A DNA stretch of 64,000 bases from NCBI GenBank assembly GCA_034439755.1, contig JAWXAZ010000036.1, positions 312 to 64,311 on the forward strand, written 5' to 3'. Origin of the DNA: a bacterium. Its GTDB lineage: Bacteria > Bacteroidota > Bacteroidia > UKL13-3. The notes under the pieces were generated by a model. It was not told the origin of the DNA. It saw only the letters and a list, made by a program, of their open reading frames with translations, and did not search any database. Position 1 is the stretch's first letter, and every line of letters starts with the position of its first letter. This document shows positions 19,008-30,100 of this stretch, in pieces. The position numbers and the translations under genes are program-made.

Positions 19008-19922
19008 ATGAAACGAATAATTATCTGTTTTAGTTTTATGTTGGGGGCCTTCCAACTATTTGCGCAACAAGATCCAATGTTTGGGCAGTACATCTTTAAC
19101 AATGCCATTATTAATCCGGCGCAAGCTGGGGTTAACAAAGAAAATCAAGTTGGCATATTAACAAGGCACCAATGGTTGGGAATGGATGGCGCTCCTACCA
19201 CCAACTCAATTTTTATCAATACCAATTTACCAAAGAACCTCGGTTTTGCAGGTGGTATCTATTCAGATAAAATTGGGCCTGTTAAAGACCTCACCTTCCA
19301 GGCAGATTTGGCCACGCATGTGCAGCTAAACAACGATTGGAACTTATCGGGTGGTGTGCGTGCAATGGCGTCTAATTTGAGCATCGATTTAAGTACTTTG
19401 CAAACGAGTCAAATTAACGATCCAAATTTCAATACCAATTACCGCTCGGGCATGTACATGAATTTAGGTGCAGGTATATTGGCATATTCAGACAAGGTAT
19501 TTATTGGGGCTTCCTTACCTAGGTTATTTGGCAGGGATGTGAAAGCCAACAACACCGTTATTACAAGATACCAAGACCATTTTTACTTATATGGTGGGGC
19601 TAACTTAAAGGTAAATGAAGACTTCACTTTTACACCCAGTTTATTGTTTAAGAAAGTAACCAATGCACCCTTGCAATACGATGTTAATTTGGTTTTTGAT
19701 TATAAAGACATCCTTGATGTGGGACCCATGTTTAGGGCAAACGACGCCATTGGCTTCTTAGCGGGATACAAGGTTACCTCACAAATTTATGTAGGTTATA
19801 TGTATGAATATCCATTGAATGATTTGCATTTGGCCTCTATGCAAACCCATGAATTAAGCATACGCATGCTATGGGAAAGCAAACAGAAAAGTCGTGTTAA
19901 ATCACCTAGATATTTCTTATAA
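19008..19922 (+). CDS. PorP/SprF-family type IX secretion system membrane protein
   Basis: ..FAQQDPMFGQYIFNNAIINPAQAGV.. is the family signature. It lies immediately downstream of the type-B-CTD gene. The ATG at 19008 is preferred over the TTG at 18993. Confidence 0.85.
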   Translation: MKRIIICFSFMLGAFQLFAQQDPMFGQYIFNNAIINPAQAGVNKENQVGILTRHQWLGMDGAPTTNSIFINTNLPKNLGFAGGIYSDKIGPVKDLTFQADLATHVQLNNDWNLSGGVRAMASNLSIDLSTLQTSQINDPNFNTNYRSGMYMNLGAGILAYSDKVFIGASLPRLFGRDVKANNTVITRYQDHFYLYGGANLKVNEDFTFTPSLLFKKVTNAPLQYDVNLVFDYKDILDVGPMFRANDAIGFLAGYKVTSQIYVGYMYEYPLNDLHLASMQTHELSIRMLWESKQKSRVKSPRYFL

Positions 19923-19969
19923 AATGAACTTTTATCTATCAATGTCAACCGATATAAAAGAATAGTGGA

Positions 19970-22660
19970 ATGAAAAAGATTACGTTTAAAAAATATCTCC
20001 TCTTTGGCAGCTTGTTTAGCCTCATGATGATGGGCTTTTACACTGCCCAAGCGCAGGTTGATAAGGCCATTAAGTACGCTTGGTATTTCGATTATGAGCG
20101 AGCCGAAGAATATTTACTGAATCCGGAAAATGAACTCAACCCAGATATGGTGGTTCAGCTGGCAGAAGCATTGTATGCACAAGGCAAATACGCTCAGGCT
20201 TTGTATTATTATAAAATTGCCGATGGCAAGGATGCCATAAAGACCCAACAGGTTCGCCGCAACTACGTGCACTCATCAACCATGATGCGCGAGAAATCGC
20301 CCTTCCATAAAAAAACAAACTACTTTAAGAGCAATTACTTTCTCTATACCAACATCGACACCTTTGCAGGAAATTCTGCCAATGAAGATTTTGCCGCATT
20401 TTACTGGAACAACATGCTATTTGTTACCACATCGAGGCAAACCAATAGCAATGAAAAAGCCTTCCAATATGTTTTAACAAAAATGCCCTTCTTAGATGTA
20501 TATCCTTTTACAGAAAAGGGCGTGCGTTTGCCTTACCCAGCTTATTTGCCTAAGTCAATAAATACAGCGGTACACGACGGGCCAATTGCCATTTCTAAAG
20601 ATACAAGTCTTATTGTGCTGAGCCGAAATTATTCAAAAGCAAACGAGGCAGGCGTACAAAATCTATACTTAAGTTACTTTATGCGCAATGGCATGGGAAA
20701 TTGGGCCAAAGCCAAAAAAATGGCCTTTTGTAATGCCAGCCACTCATACCAACATCCGTTTTATAATGAAGCAGAAAAGGCCGTATATTTTTCTTCTGAT
20801 ATGCCGGGTGGTAAAGGCGGATACGATTTATATAAAACAAAATGGAATGGTACCCAATGGACCAACCCAATTAATCTTGGCGACGAAATTAATACCGAGT
20901 ATGATGAGGTATTCCCAAGTTTTACACCAGAGAACGAATTACTCTATTCTACCAACCACATTGAAACTACAGGAGGCCTAGATATTGTGCTTTTTAGCAA
21001 TGGTACTAGGTATTTATTAAACGAGCCATTCAATACCATTTACGATGATTTTGGCGTAAGTTTTAAATCTAAAAATGAAGGATATTTCTCTTCTAATAGG
21101 TTCTCCAATAAGTTCGATGACAATATTTACCACTTTACCTTAAGCGAACCCATTAAACAATCTTTGCTCACAAAAGCTTTCGATAAAGAAACAGGGACAG
21201 AATTAGACAATATCAGAATTAACTATTCTAATCTTTCGGGCACATTTAAAAGCGAAATCTACACACGTGCTGGTCGCGAAAATGTGTTGATTTTCGACAC
21301 TATGGACACCCGTGTTCCAATGAATTTTATGGCTACCAAAGAAGGCTTTATGCCTGTGATGGAAACCAATAATGAGTACAATTTAAAGGATGGCAAATTG
21401 TACAAAGAATTTTACCTAACCATTAAGCCAATTTCGGCTGGCGACGATCAATTTATTATAGAGGATAACCAACAAACCACCAAATTAAGTGGCCTTTTTG
21501 GCAACGACCAATTGCGCGGTAATACCATTAAACCGGGTGAGGTAACCTTAATATTATTTAGCAATCCCATTGGAGAAAAAATGTCGGTATATGCAAACGA
21601 TGGCCAAATAAAATTAGATGATGGCATTAACCCAGGTACCTATACTTTCGATTACGTAATTAGCAACAAAGCCAATCCACTAGAGGCAGATACTGCCACT
21701 GTAACCATTATTGTAAGAGGATACTACAACGGCAAAGATTTAAAGACAAGTACCCTGAACCAATACGCCTACGAAGCACCTGTAACAGATGGATTGTCTA
21801 TACAAAATGATACAGGCTATGTTACGGTGAATGGTGATTACGTAATGAATGTAAGGGCCAACGATCGCTACAATGGCAAAAAAGCATCCTTTAAAAATAC
21901 TGCTATTAGTAATGTTGAATCGAGTCACCCAGGCGTTACCCTCAATAGCAAAACTGGCGCCATTAACATCAACAAAAATGTGCCCGCAGGAACGTATAAC
22001 GTTAAATACGATTTACACCCAAGACTCAGAAAAAGCGAAACACAATCGGCCACCGCAGTGGTGGTAGTTAGAAACATAAGTCAAGTACCAGGACGAGGAA
22101 TAAAAGGCAATGCAGCCGCAAGTTTTACAGACAATTCGGTTGTATATTTTAACAACGACGAACCCAAAACTTACCAACTATACCGCCCGGCATACAATTA
22201 CCAAAATTCATTCGAAAACTACCTAAAGAAAATGGATGAATTTTACGACCGTTCCATCGATTCAAAAGTAAGCTTAGATACCTTCTTTACCAGCCACGTG
22301 GTAGCAGGTTATAAAGATGTAAACGAGGTATTATACTTTATCCAAAGGAAGCTAAATCAAGGGGTTCAAGTTGAAGTTTCGGTATCTGCTTATTGCAGTC
22401 CAATTGCCTCAACAGCATACAACGAAAAACTATCGAGCAGAAGGCTTGTGGCAGTTACCCGTTTCTTTAAAAAGTGGAACGATGGTGCATTAAACGATGC
22501 CATAGAAACCAATAGAATCAACTTCTGGGAGCATTCTGTAGGTGAGTTAGAAGCACCAAAAGACGTAAACGAAGATTACGATAAATTAAACGAATCGGTG
22601 TTTGGCATCAAAGCTTCTCGCGAGAGAAGGGTAACCATTACCGTAAAAATTATTAACTAA
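19970..22660 (+). CDS. OmpA-like protein with TolB/PD40-type beta-propeller repeats and two adhesin-type modules
   Basis: 896 aa with a signal peptide. PD40-like repeats (..AVYFSSDMPGGKGGYDLYKTKWNGTQW..NLGDEINTEYDEVFPSF..). Two modules resemble those of the upstream giant protein. Divergent OmpA-like C-terminus (..VSAYCSPIASTAYNEKLSSRRLVAVTRFF..RERRVTITV). Confidence 0.6.
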   Translation: MKKITFKKYLLFGSLFSLMMMGFYTAQAQVDKAIKYAWYFDYERAEEYLLNPENELNPDMVVQLAEALYAQGKYAQALYYYKIADGKDAIKTQQVRRNYVHSSTMMREKSPFHKKTNYFKSNYFLYTNIDTFAGNSANEDFAAFYWNNMLFVTTSRQTNSNEKAFQYVLTKMPFLDVYPFTEKGVRLPYPAYLPKSINTAVHDGPIAISKDTSLIVLSRNYSKANEAGVQNLYLSYFMRNGMGNWAKAKKMAFCNASHSYQHPFYNEAEKAVYFSSDMPGGKGGYDLYKTKWNGTQWTNPINLGDEINTEYDEVFPSFTPENELLYSTNHIETTGGLDIVLFSNGTRYLLNEPFNTIYDDFGVSFKSKNEGYFSSNRFSNKFDDNIYHFTLSEPIKQSLLTKAFDKETGTELDNIRINYSNLSGTFKSEIYTRAGRENVLIFDTMDTRVPMNFMATKEGFMPVMETNNEYNLKDGKLYKEFYLTIKPISAGDDQFIIEDNQQTTKLSGLFGNDQLRGNTIKPGEVTLILFSNPIGEKMSVYANDGQIKLDDGINPGTYTFDYVISNKANPLEADTATVTIIVRGYYNGKDLKTSTLNQYAYEAPVTDGLSIQNDTGYVTVNGDYVMNVRANDRYNGKKASFKNTAISNVESSHPGVTLNSKTGAININKNVPAGTYNVKYDLHPRLRKSETQSATAVVVVRNISQVPGRGIKGNAAASFTDNSVVYFNNDEPKTYQLYRPAYNYQNSFENYLKKMDEFYDRSIDSKVSLDTFFTSHVVAGYKDVNEVLYFIQRKLNQGVQVEVSVSAYCSPIASTAYNEKLSSRRLVAVTRFFKKWNDGALNDAIETNRINFWEHSVGELEAPKDVNEDYDKLNESVFGIKASRERRVTITVKIIN

Positions 22661-22662
22661 AA

Positions 22663-22869
22663 TTAAAGGCTATCCATCTCGGAGCTGTCTCCATTAATGG
22701 CATCCATTTGTGCCATAATGGAGGCCTCAAGTGAGTCCATCGCTTTTTGGTCGGCATTGAGCTGACTTTCTACAGCAGTTTCTTCGGTTTGATCCAATTT
22801 TGGCTCGCTGTTACAAGCAGCCAATGCGACCACGATACTGAATAAGGCTATCCACTTTTTCATATCCAC
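22663..22869 (-). CDS. Small acidic lipoprotein
   Basis: 68 aa. Lipobox ..VVALAAC|NSE. Confidence 0.45.
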   Translation of the reverse strand: MDMKKWIALFSIVVALAACNSEPKLDQTEETAVESQLNADQKAMDSLEASIMAQMDAINGDSSEMDSL

Positions 22870-22906
22870 TTAATTTATTAGATTCTGCTAAACTAGTATA
22901 ATTTAT

Positions 22907-23629
22907 CTAACGTAAAACGAAATTCTGTCCTAAGTAAACTTTTCGCACCATTTCATCATCGGCCAACTCTTGCGCGGTGCCATCTTTTAAGATTTTCCCT
23001 TCAAACAAAAGATACGCCCTATCTACAATCGATAGCGTTTCATGCACGTTGTGGTCTGTAATTAAAATACCAATATTCTTGTGCTTTAATTTGGCCACAA
23101 TATGCTGTATATCCTCTACGGCAATGGGGTCTATGCCGGCAAAAGGCTCGTCGAGCAGGATAAACTTGGGGTTCACAGCCAAGGCACGCGCAATTTCTGT
23201 TCGGCGGCGCTCGCCACCACTTAGAACATTTCCCATGCTGCTGCGCACTCGGTTCAGACCAAATTCTTCTAGCAATGTTTCTAATTTCTCTTCTTGTTCT
23301 TGCTTGCTCAATTTTGTCATTTGAAGCACCGCCAGAATATTGTCTTCCACACTTAAGGTTCTAAAAATAGAAGCCTCTTGTGCCAAGTAACCCAAGCCTT
23401 TTTGCGCACGTTTGTACATGGGCAAATTGGTAATCTTTTCATTGTCGAGGTAAACTTCTCCTTCATCGGGTTTAATAAGGCCTACCGTCATATAAAAAGT
23501 GGTGGTTTTACCCGCACCATTAGGCCCAAGCAGGCCAACGCATTCACCTTGGTGAACCTCAATGGATACCTTATCTACCACGGTGCGCTTTTTATAGCGC
23601 TTTATCAGATTTTCACTTCTTAAAATCAT
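22907..23629 (-). CDS. lptB: LPS export ABC transporter ATP-binding protein
   Basis: Walker [10 protein letters not shown], signature LSGGERRR, Walker B ILLDEP, and full-length LptB-like sequence. Confidence 0.9.
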   Translation of the reverse strand: MILRSENLIKRYKKRTVVDKVSIEVHQGECVGLLGPNGAGKTTTFYMTVGLIKPDEGEVYLDNEKITNLPMYKRAQKGLGYLAQEASIFRTLSVEDNILAVLQMTKLSKQEQEEKLETLLEEFGLNRVRSSMGNVLSGGERRRTEIARALAVNPKFILLDEPFAGIDPIAVEDIQHIVAKLKHKNIGILITDHNVHETLSIVDRAYLLFEGKILKDGTAQELADDEMVRKVYLGQNFVLR

Positions 23630-23637
23630 AGCTATTT

Positions 23638-25533
23638 TTAGTACGCGCGACCAGTTTTACCTTCCATAAAATTGATGAACGCTTTGTTAACTACCATATT
23701 GCCACCTGGCGTTGGATAATTTCCGGTGAAATACCAATCGCCGGTGTGGTTAGGACAAGCGATGTGGAGGTTTTCGATGCTTTGATAAATTACTTCTACC
23801 TCTGCATTTATATCGTCTGGCGTAACAATTTCGGCAATGCGTTTGCTAATTTCATCGGCTGTAAATTGGCCATAAAGGTCTTTTACATAATTGACCATTT
23901 CTTCCTTGGGTAAACTTTCCTGCGCCTTACATTTTTCGTAAATCGAATTTATAAGATAGTCTTTTTTATTACTTTTAAGCAAAGAAATCATGGCTTGAAA
24001 GGCAACAAAATCGTTCATCTTACTCATGTCGATGCCATAACAATCTGGGTACCTAATTTGCGGCGAAGAAGAAACAATGATAATTTTCTTTGGATGCAAG
24101 CGGTCTAAAATCCTTAAGATACTTGTTCGAAGGGTGGTGCCACGCACAATAGAATCGTCCATTACCACCAAGGTATCTTTGTTGTTTTTAATTAACCCGT
24201 AGGTAACATCGTACACGTGAGCCACCATGTCTTCGCGGTGGGCATCGTCTGTAATAAAGGTGCGCAGTTTGGCATCCTTTACAGCTACTCTTTCTCTTCT
24301 AATACTTAAGTCTAAAATCTCCTTTAACTTAACCGGATTTCCAATTACGCCGGGCTTTTGAATTTCATCAATCTTCCAATTATTAAGCAAGCTAGTTACC
24401 CCTTCGCACATGCCGTAGAATGCCACCGCAGCGGTATTTGGAATATAAGAAAAAACGGTATTGGTAAAATCATATTTAAGCGATTTCACGATTTTGTTCG
24501 ACAATAATTGACCAAGCATTTTACGTTCTTGATAGATTTCTTTGTCGTTGCCCCTAGAGAAATAAATACGCTCAAAAGAGCAAGATTTTCTTTCGCCGGC
24601 TGGGTTAATGTTTACCTCAGAAATATCGCCATTTTTCTTGATAATCATGGCATTTCCAAGTCCCAATTCTTTCACTTCGTGGTGAGCAATATTAAAGCCC
24701 GTCATGATGGCTGGCTTTTCACTCGTAATCACCACTACTTCATCATTTTTATAATAGAATACCGGCCTAATTCCGTTGGGATCTCTTACTACAAATGCAT
24801 CGCCATGACCCAACATTCCGGCCATTACGTAGCCGCCATCGGCATCACGCAAAGAGCGTTTTAAGATGGTTTCCACATTTACGTGTTGCGACATTACGCC
24901 AGAGATTTCTTGGTTAGAATGGCCTTCCAATTTAAAACGAGTAAAGTTTCTTTGCACCTCTTCATCCAAAAAATGGCCCATTTTTTCGAGCATGGTTACC
25001 GTATCGGCTTTTTCGCGTGGGTGCTGACCCAATTCTATTAACAGGGAGAATAATTCATCTACATTGGTGAGGTTAAAGTTACCCGCCAACAAGAGGTTGC
25101 GGCTCATCCAATTGTTCTCGCGAATAAAAGGGTGACAAAGGTCTTTGCTATTGCCGCCATGGGTGCCATACCTAAGGTGACCTAAGTATAACTCGCCCAC
25201 AAAAGGCGCGTGTTTCTTGAGGTGATCCCATTGTTTTACCTCTTCTTTAGAGCCCGAGCGGGTAATTTTGGCATTTACCCTATCGAAAATTTCGGCGATG
25301 GCATTGCTGCCGTTTGCCCGCTGCCTAAAAATATATTGTTCGCCTGGTTCTGGATCAAATTTGATAACGCCTAAGCCGGCACCATCTTGCCCACGATTAT
25401 GTTGTTTCTCCATGAGGAGATACAATTTTTTTAATCCGTACAATGCTGAGCCATACTTTTCTTCGTAGAAACTAAGTGGCTTTAGGAGGCGAATCATTGC
25501 AATTCCGCACTCGTGTTTTATTGGATCACTCAT
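23638..25533 (-). CDS. purF: Amidophosphoribosyltransferase, long Bacteroidota form (class II glutamine amidotransferase)
   Basis: [15 protein letters not shown].. carries the N-terminal nucleophile Cys after a short propeptide. PRPP-binding loop ..[13 protein letters not shown]... The ATG at 25533 is preferred over the upstream start at 25596. Confidence 0.8.
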   Translation of the reverse strand: MSDPIKHECGIAMIRLLKPLSFYEEKYGSALYGLKKLYLLMEKQHNRGQDGAGLGVIKFDPEPGEQYIFRQRANGSNAIAEIFDRVNAKITRSGSKEEVKQWDHLKKHAPFVGELYLGHLRYGTHGGNSKDLCHPFIRENNWMSRNLLLAGNFNLTNVDELFSLLIELGQHPREKADTVTMLEKMGHFLDEEVQRNFTRFKLEGHSNQEISGVMSQHVNVETILKRSLRDADGGYVMAGMLGHGDAFVVRDPNGIRPVFYYKNDEVVVITSEKPAIMTGFNIAHHEVKELGLGNAMIIKKNGDISEVNINPAGERKSCSFERIYFSRGNDKEIYQERKMLGQLLSNKIVKSLKYDFTNTVFSYIPNTAAVAFYGMCEGVTSLLNNWKIDEIQKPGVIGNPVKLKEILDLSIRRERVAVKDAKLRTFITDDAHREDMVAHVYDVTYGLIKNNKDTLVVMDDSIVRGTTLRTSILRILDRLHPKKIIIVSSSPQIRYPDCYGIDMSKMNDFVAFQAMISLLKSNKKDYLINSIYEKCKAQESLPKEEMVNYVKDLYGQFTADEISKRIAEIVTPDDINAEVEVIYQSIENLHIACPNHTGDWYFTGNYPTPGGNMVVNKAFINFMEGKTGRAY

Positions 25534-25674
25534 AAATAAAATGAGCGGCAAAGATAAGGAAATATATTTACCAGAATGATTATACCGAAAACACAAGATT
25601 TATAGTCCCACTTCGATAAACAACCCATCGTACTCTTATCAAAAAAGGCTTGCCATAATCCGCTATAGCATAAG

Positions 25675-25886
25675 TTATTGTAAAAGGCTACTTTCCCCAG
25701 AGGCTTTTAACGAAAACGTGCTTTGGGTTATTGTAAAAGGCTACTTTCCCCAGAGGCTTTTAACGCAAACGTGCTTTGGGTTATTGTAAAAGACTACTTT
25801 CCCCAGAGGCTTTTAACGCAAACGTGCTTTGGGTTATTGTAAAAGACTACTTTCCCCAGAGGCTTTTAACGCAAACGTGCTTTGGT
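25675..25886. repeat. Intergenic tandem repeat, 4 x 53 bp
   Basis: The unit ttattgtaaaag[g/a]ctactttccccagaggcttttaacg[a/c]aaacgtgctttggg starts at 25675, 25728, 25781 and 25834, with only 1-2 substitutions between copies. Confidence 0.9.
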
Positions 25887-25897
25887 TAGAACCGAAA

Positions 25898-26989
25898 CTA
25901 GTTTTTTTCTAAGAAAATGGTTCTGGTTGGGTAGGCAAAATCGCAGCTATGGCTTTTCACAATTTCCATGATTTTAATGTTGATTTTCTCTTTTATGGCA
26001 ATCATTGTCTCATAATCGTTAGAATCTACATAATACGAAACGAATAAATTGAGGGAGCTGCTATCAAAATCGGTAAATCGAACCGTCATTTCTGCTGTGG
26101 TTATGGGGTTCTCGGCCAAAATTGCCCCTTTAATATCTTCTATAATACCTAAAATGCTTTGAGGGTCGCTTTGGTAGGTGAGACCCAGAAAAAACTTCAC
26201 ACGCCTTTGGGAGCTCTGGGTAATGTTATTGAGATTAGAATCGATGATTTTCTTATTGGGAACAATGAGCAGCGTGCGGTCCAGGGTTCTGATACGCGTG
26301 GTGCGGAAGCCAATTTTCTCTACTGTACCTTTAATATCGCCCAGATCTATGAGTTCGCCTACTTGAAAAGGCTTATCTAAATAAATAATGAACGAACCAA
26401 TTAAGTTGGCCAAGGTATCTTGAGCGGCAAATGCAATGGCCAAACCACCAATACCTAATCCGGTAATGAGAGCTGTAATATCTACCTCAAAAGCCTTGCT
26501 AAGTAAAACAAAAAGGGCACCAATGTATATGAGTACTTTGGTAAGTTCCTTTAAAAAGGTGGCCAAATCGCGGCTAACTGTTGCATTCTCAGAATTGTGA
26601 TAAACAAATTCCATAAAATCGGCTGAGCGCAAGAAAAGCATGGTAATAGACCAAATAAAAGCAATCAAAAACAAAGCATGTAGTAACCACCTTAATCCAA
26701 ACTCACTTGCTTTGGCCATTTCCCACTCTATTGGAAAAGTGAGCACATTACAAGCAAAATAGATAGCCAGCAAGTTAATAATGTTTATAAAAGGCTTATT
26801 AAAAAGCTTGCTAAACTCATCATAAAATTGGGCGTTCGATACCTTTTTAAAAACGCGAAAACTAAGCTTTGCAGCAAACTTTGCCATGAGTTGGTTCAGC
26901 AAAAGTGAGAGCAACAAAACCCCCACACTTAATAACCATTTGCTAATAGGATTCCCTAAAAATAACTCATGTAAAATTGCTTTATCCAT
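25898..26989 (-). CDS. Mechanosensitive ion channel (MscS family)
   Basis: ..GLGIGGLAIAFAAQDTLANLIGSFIIYLDKPFQVGELI..GTVEKIGFRTTRIRTLDRTLLIVPN.. is the MscS core signature. Multiple N-terminal TM helices. Confidence 0.85.
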   Translation of the reverse strand: MDKAILHELFLGNPISKWLLSVGVLLLSLLLNQLMAKFAAKLSFRVFKKVSNAQFYDEFSKLFNKPFINIINLLAIYFACNVLTFPIEWEMAKASEFGLRWLLHALFLIAFIWSITMLFLRSADFMEFVYHNSENATVSRDLATFLKELTKVLIYIGALFVLLSKAFEVDITALITGLGIGGLAIAFAAQDTLANLIGSFIIYLDKPFQVGELIDLGDIKGTVEKIGFRTTRIRTLDRTLLIVPNKKIIDSNLNNITQSSQRRVKFFLGLTYQSDPQSILGIIEDIKGAILAENPITTAEMTVRFTDFDSSSLNLFVSYYVDSNDYETMIAIKEKINIKIMEIVKSHSCDFAYPTRTIFLEKN

Positions 26990-27110
26990 TCGTACATCTT
27001 AAAATAAATTCATAACCAAGTGCAAATTTAACAATTACAATGGTATTAAACGACTTTAATGTGGGTTCAGCCAATATTGCCCCCTTAAAAATATTGAAAG
27101 ACAAGCAATA

Positions 27111-27150
27111 AAAAAGGGCTGCTTCAAAATATGAAACAGCCCTCTTTTTA
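27111..27150 (-). terminator. Rho-independent terminator candidate, possibly bidirectional
   Basis: Stems agggctg and cagccct flank a 15-nt loop, with A-rich DNA on one side and T-rich DNA on the other. It lies just downstream of the stop of the 27164..33007 gene. Confidence 0.6.
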
Positions 27151-27163
27151 TAAAAATTAGTCC

Positions 27164-30100
27164 TTACTCTTTAACCATCTTAAATAACTTCGATTGGTTT
27201 TGGCCGCTTATTTTAACAAAATAAATGCCTGAACCAATTGATTGTGGGAAAGAAATTTTTGCTACACCATCGCTTTCAAGATTAGTGTTATAAACCATTT
27301 TTCCATTAATATCCATTACCTCAACATTAATATTGCCGGCAATATGATGAACCATAAAATTAGACTTAAATGGATTTGGTCCAACACTTACAATACTTTC
27401 ATCTGTAACCTTGCGAATGGCAATGACTTTGCTATACGTAAAACTGCCATCTTTATCAATCATTTTTAATCTATAGTAGGCCACAGAAATTGTGTTTAAA
27501 GCATTTCTATCTTGAAACAAATAATTTTTAAGCACATTGGAATTACCTGCTGAAGCAATTTCGCCAACAGCCGTAAATTTACCCAATTCGTAAGCACGTT
27601 CTACAACAAATGAGGCACTGTTTTTTTCCATTGTTGTTTGCCACAATAAAATTGCATCTACTTCAGATAAATAACCACCAAAGTCGGTTAAAGCAACAGG
27701 CAATGGAGCATTGTTATCGGTACCTGTAAAAACTGAATAAGTACCTAAAAAACTAGTTCTTATAAAATTCCTAATAGAATCTACCGTGCTGCCAGATCCA
27801 GAGAATGTATTCCAAGAAGTACCTGGTGAATTCTGCGCTAAACGGCTATCTGTCTCTGAAGGTACAGTACCAATCCAAACATCTTTGTAAAAATAGTCGA
27901 GGTCGAAGGTATAACTGCCAATTGGCGCAATCATGTTAATATAAGTATTAAAACGGGCATCGGAGGCAGATGAAGAAGGTGGCACGGTTCCAGTATACTG
28001 CCTAATAAACAAGCTCGATGGAACCGTTGCAGATATATCATGCGTTACTTTACAAACTGTGTCTGTACCAAATAAAAATGCTTGCGTTCCACCAGCAACT
28101 GGCAAGGCAGGAACCGCAACACAGAATGGTGGCATAACTGCTGGTGTTACCTCGTAGGCCCCAATATCAAAAACGCCAGTCTGTATAGAAGTAGGACGAG
28201 GATTGCCGTTGAAATCTACAGTTACCTCAGAAACAAAATCTCCTCTTCCATTAACAGACCATACTGCCGTATCATTTGGATTTGGAACCAAATTAGTTGC
28301 ACTAAAGTAGCCAGGACGATACTGTATAGAATTTTGCTCATCACCAAAGTTGACAGACTTAAAAGCTTGTAGGCCCGTATATGTAGCTGCTACAATACCC
28401 CTTTGAACAAAATTAGCCGTACCATTGGTAAAGATTAAATTAAAATCACTCGATCCAAATAATGGATTGTAATGATATAAAACACCGCCTGTTGTGGCAT
28501 TTACAAACACATTATTTCGTATTTTGTTGGTATTAGAATAAGCGGCATTGTAATAAAAATATCCAGCATAACCCGTTGTTGTAGACGTTGTATTAACCAC
28601 CACCGTGTTGTTTGATACCAACATATAGCTAGAATAACTTTCTCTCAATCCATAGTTTGCCGTGGTTGAACCCGAACCCATTCTAATAACATTGTTTGTA
28701 ATAACACCATATTTTAATGGCGTACCATCGCAATAATAAGTGGCCATACCATGCCCATTTGCGGTAGTGGAATAAATGTAATTTCTAGAAATTAGGAAAG
28801 CGCTATCAACATAATATGCTTGAATACCAAAATATGCCGAATAAGCCGAAGTTGTAGTGATGGTATTAGAACGAATGGTTTGGTTAGAAAGGTAATAATT
28901 ATAAATACCCATGTAATATTGATTCAAGAATGTATTGCTATCTATAACATTGTTATTAGACAAAGCAATTGTGCTTGTACCCCTGAAGTATACCCCATAG
29001 GAGCCTCCGGTAAATGAACTCTTTACAAATGAAATATTGCCTATTGTATTATTAATACCATACACAATGGCCATATTGGTACTTGTTGTAGTTGTTACTG
29101 GCGCATCCATTTTACAATCTCTCACATTCACAAAACCAGTGTTTTGAGCAATGTCGAAAACATAACCAAATGAAGCATTTAATGCACGTAAACTTAACTT
29201 ATTAAAATCTACATACTTTGCTCCATTCATTTTTACAATGAAATTTTCTGCAGTAGTAGAGTTGCTTCTAGAAACAATAACAGAATCTACGTGATTTGCT
29301 AAAGAAGTAAAAGTAATTCTATTAAGCTCTGAGGAGCCAACTATAGCAGGTATCGTAAGCTGCTCTGTATAAGTTCCTGTTTTAATTCTTATATTAACTA
29401 TGCTATCAACACCGCGTATAGATAATTGATTCACCGCTTCGGTAATAGTAAGAAAATCAGACGGGGCTGAACCAACAATGTAATTACCTTTCATTGGAGT
29501 TGGCAATATTACTATAACCGTATCATTATTGGTATTATTATCGGCATTTGAATTTGGCGCAGACGTAAAGATTTTCATAGAATTAACTGTACCCGCTGCA
29601 ATGTTTATTTGGTTCAGACCAGTAAATAGAATAGACGTAGTATCACAACTCGCCAAACTGCCAGACCATAATTGCGTAACTACCGGACTATTATTTAATT
29701 TTAAGCCAACATTGGCTGTGGTAACAGTATTTAATCCATAATTTATAAACCTAATCAAAACATCTTGCGTACCAGGCTGAATAGGTGCAGTTGGCGCCAA
29801 TACTTCTAAAGCACCCAAATCATCGGTAACACTTATGGTCTCATAAGCACCAATGTCTGGAATTGAGGCGCGAATGGTATCGTTTATATCCTTGGTAATC
29901 GCACTTATTGTATCTCCGTTTAAACAACCATTAAAAGATTTCAATAAAGTGTCGGCAATAAAAGCAGGGTTTTTAATTATGGAATTTACATTGTTTCCTG
30001 CAAGGCCAATAAAGGCTTTTCCTGTTAACCAACTATTAATGAATACAAAGTTGCCCGAAGTATCTGGTCTATAAAAATTATTGTAATTAAATTCTGCCAC

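Noticed and set aside
25675-25886. The possibility that the 53-bp repeat array is a CRISPR array.
   Set aside because: The units are directly abutting, with no unique spacers between them. No cas genes are present in the window.
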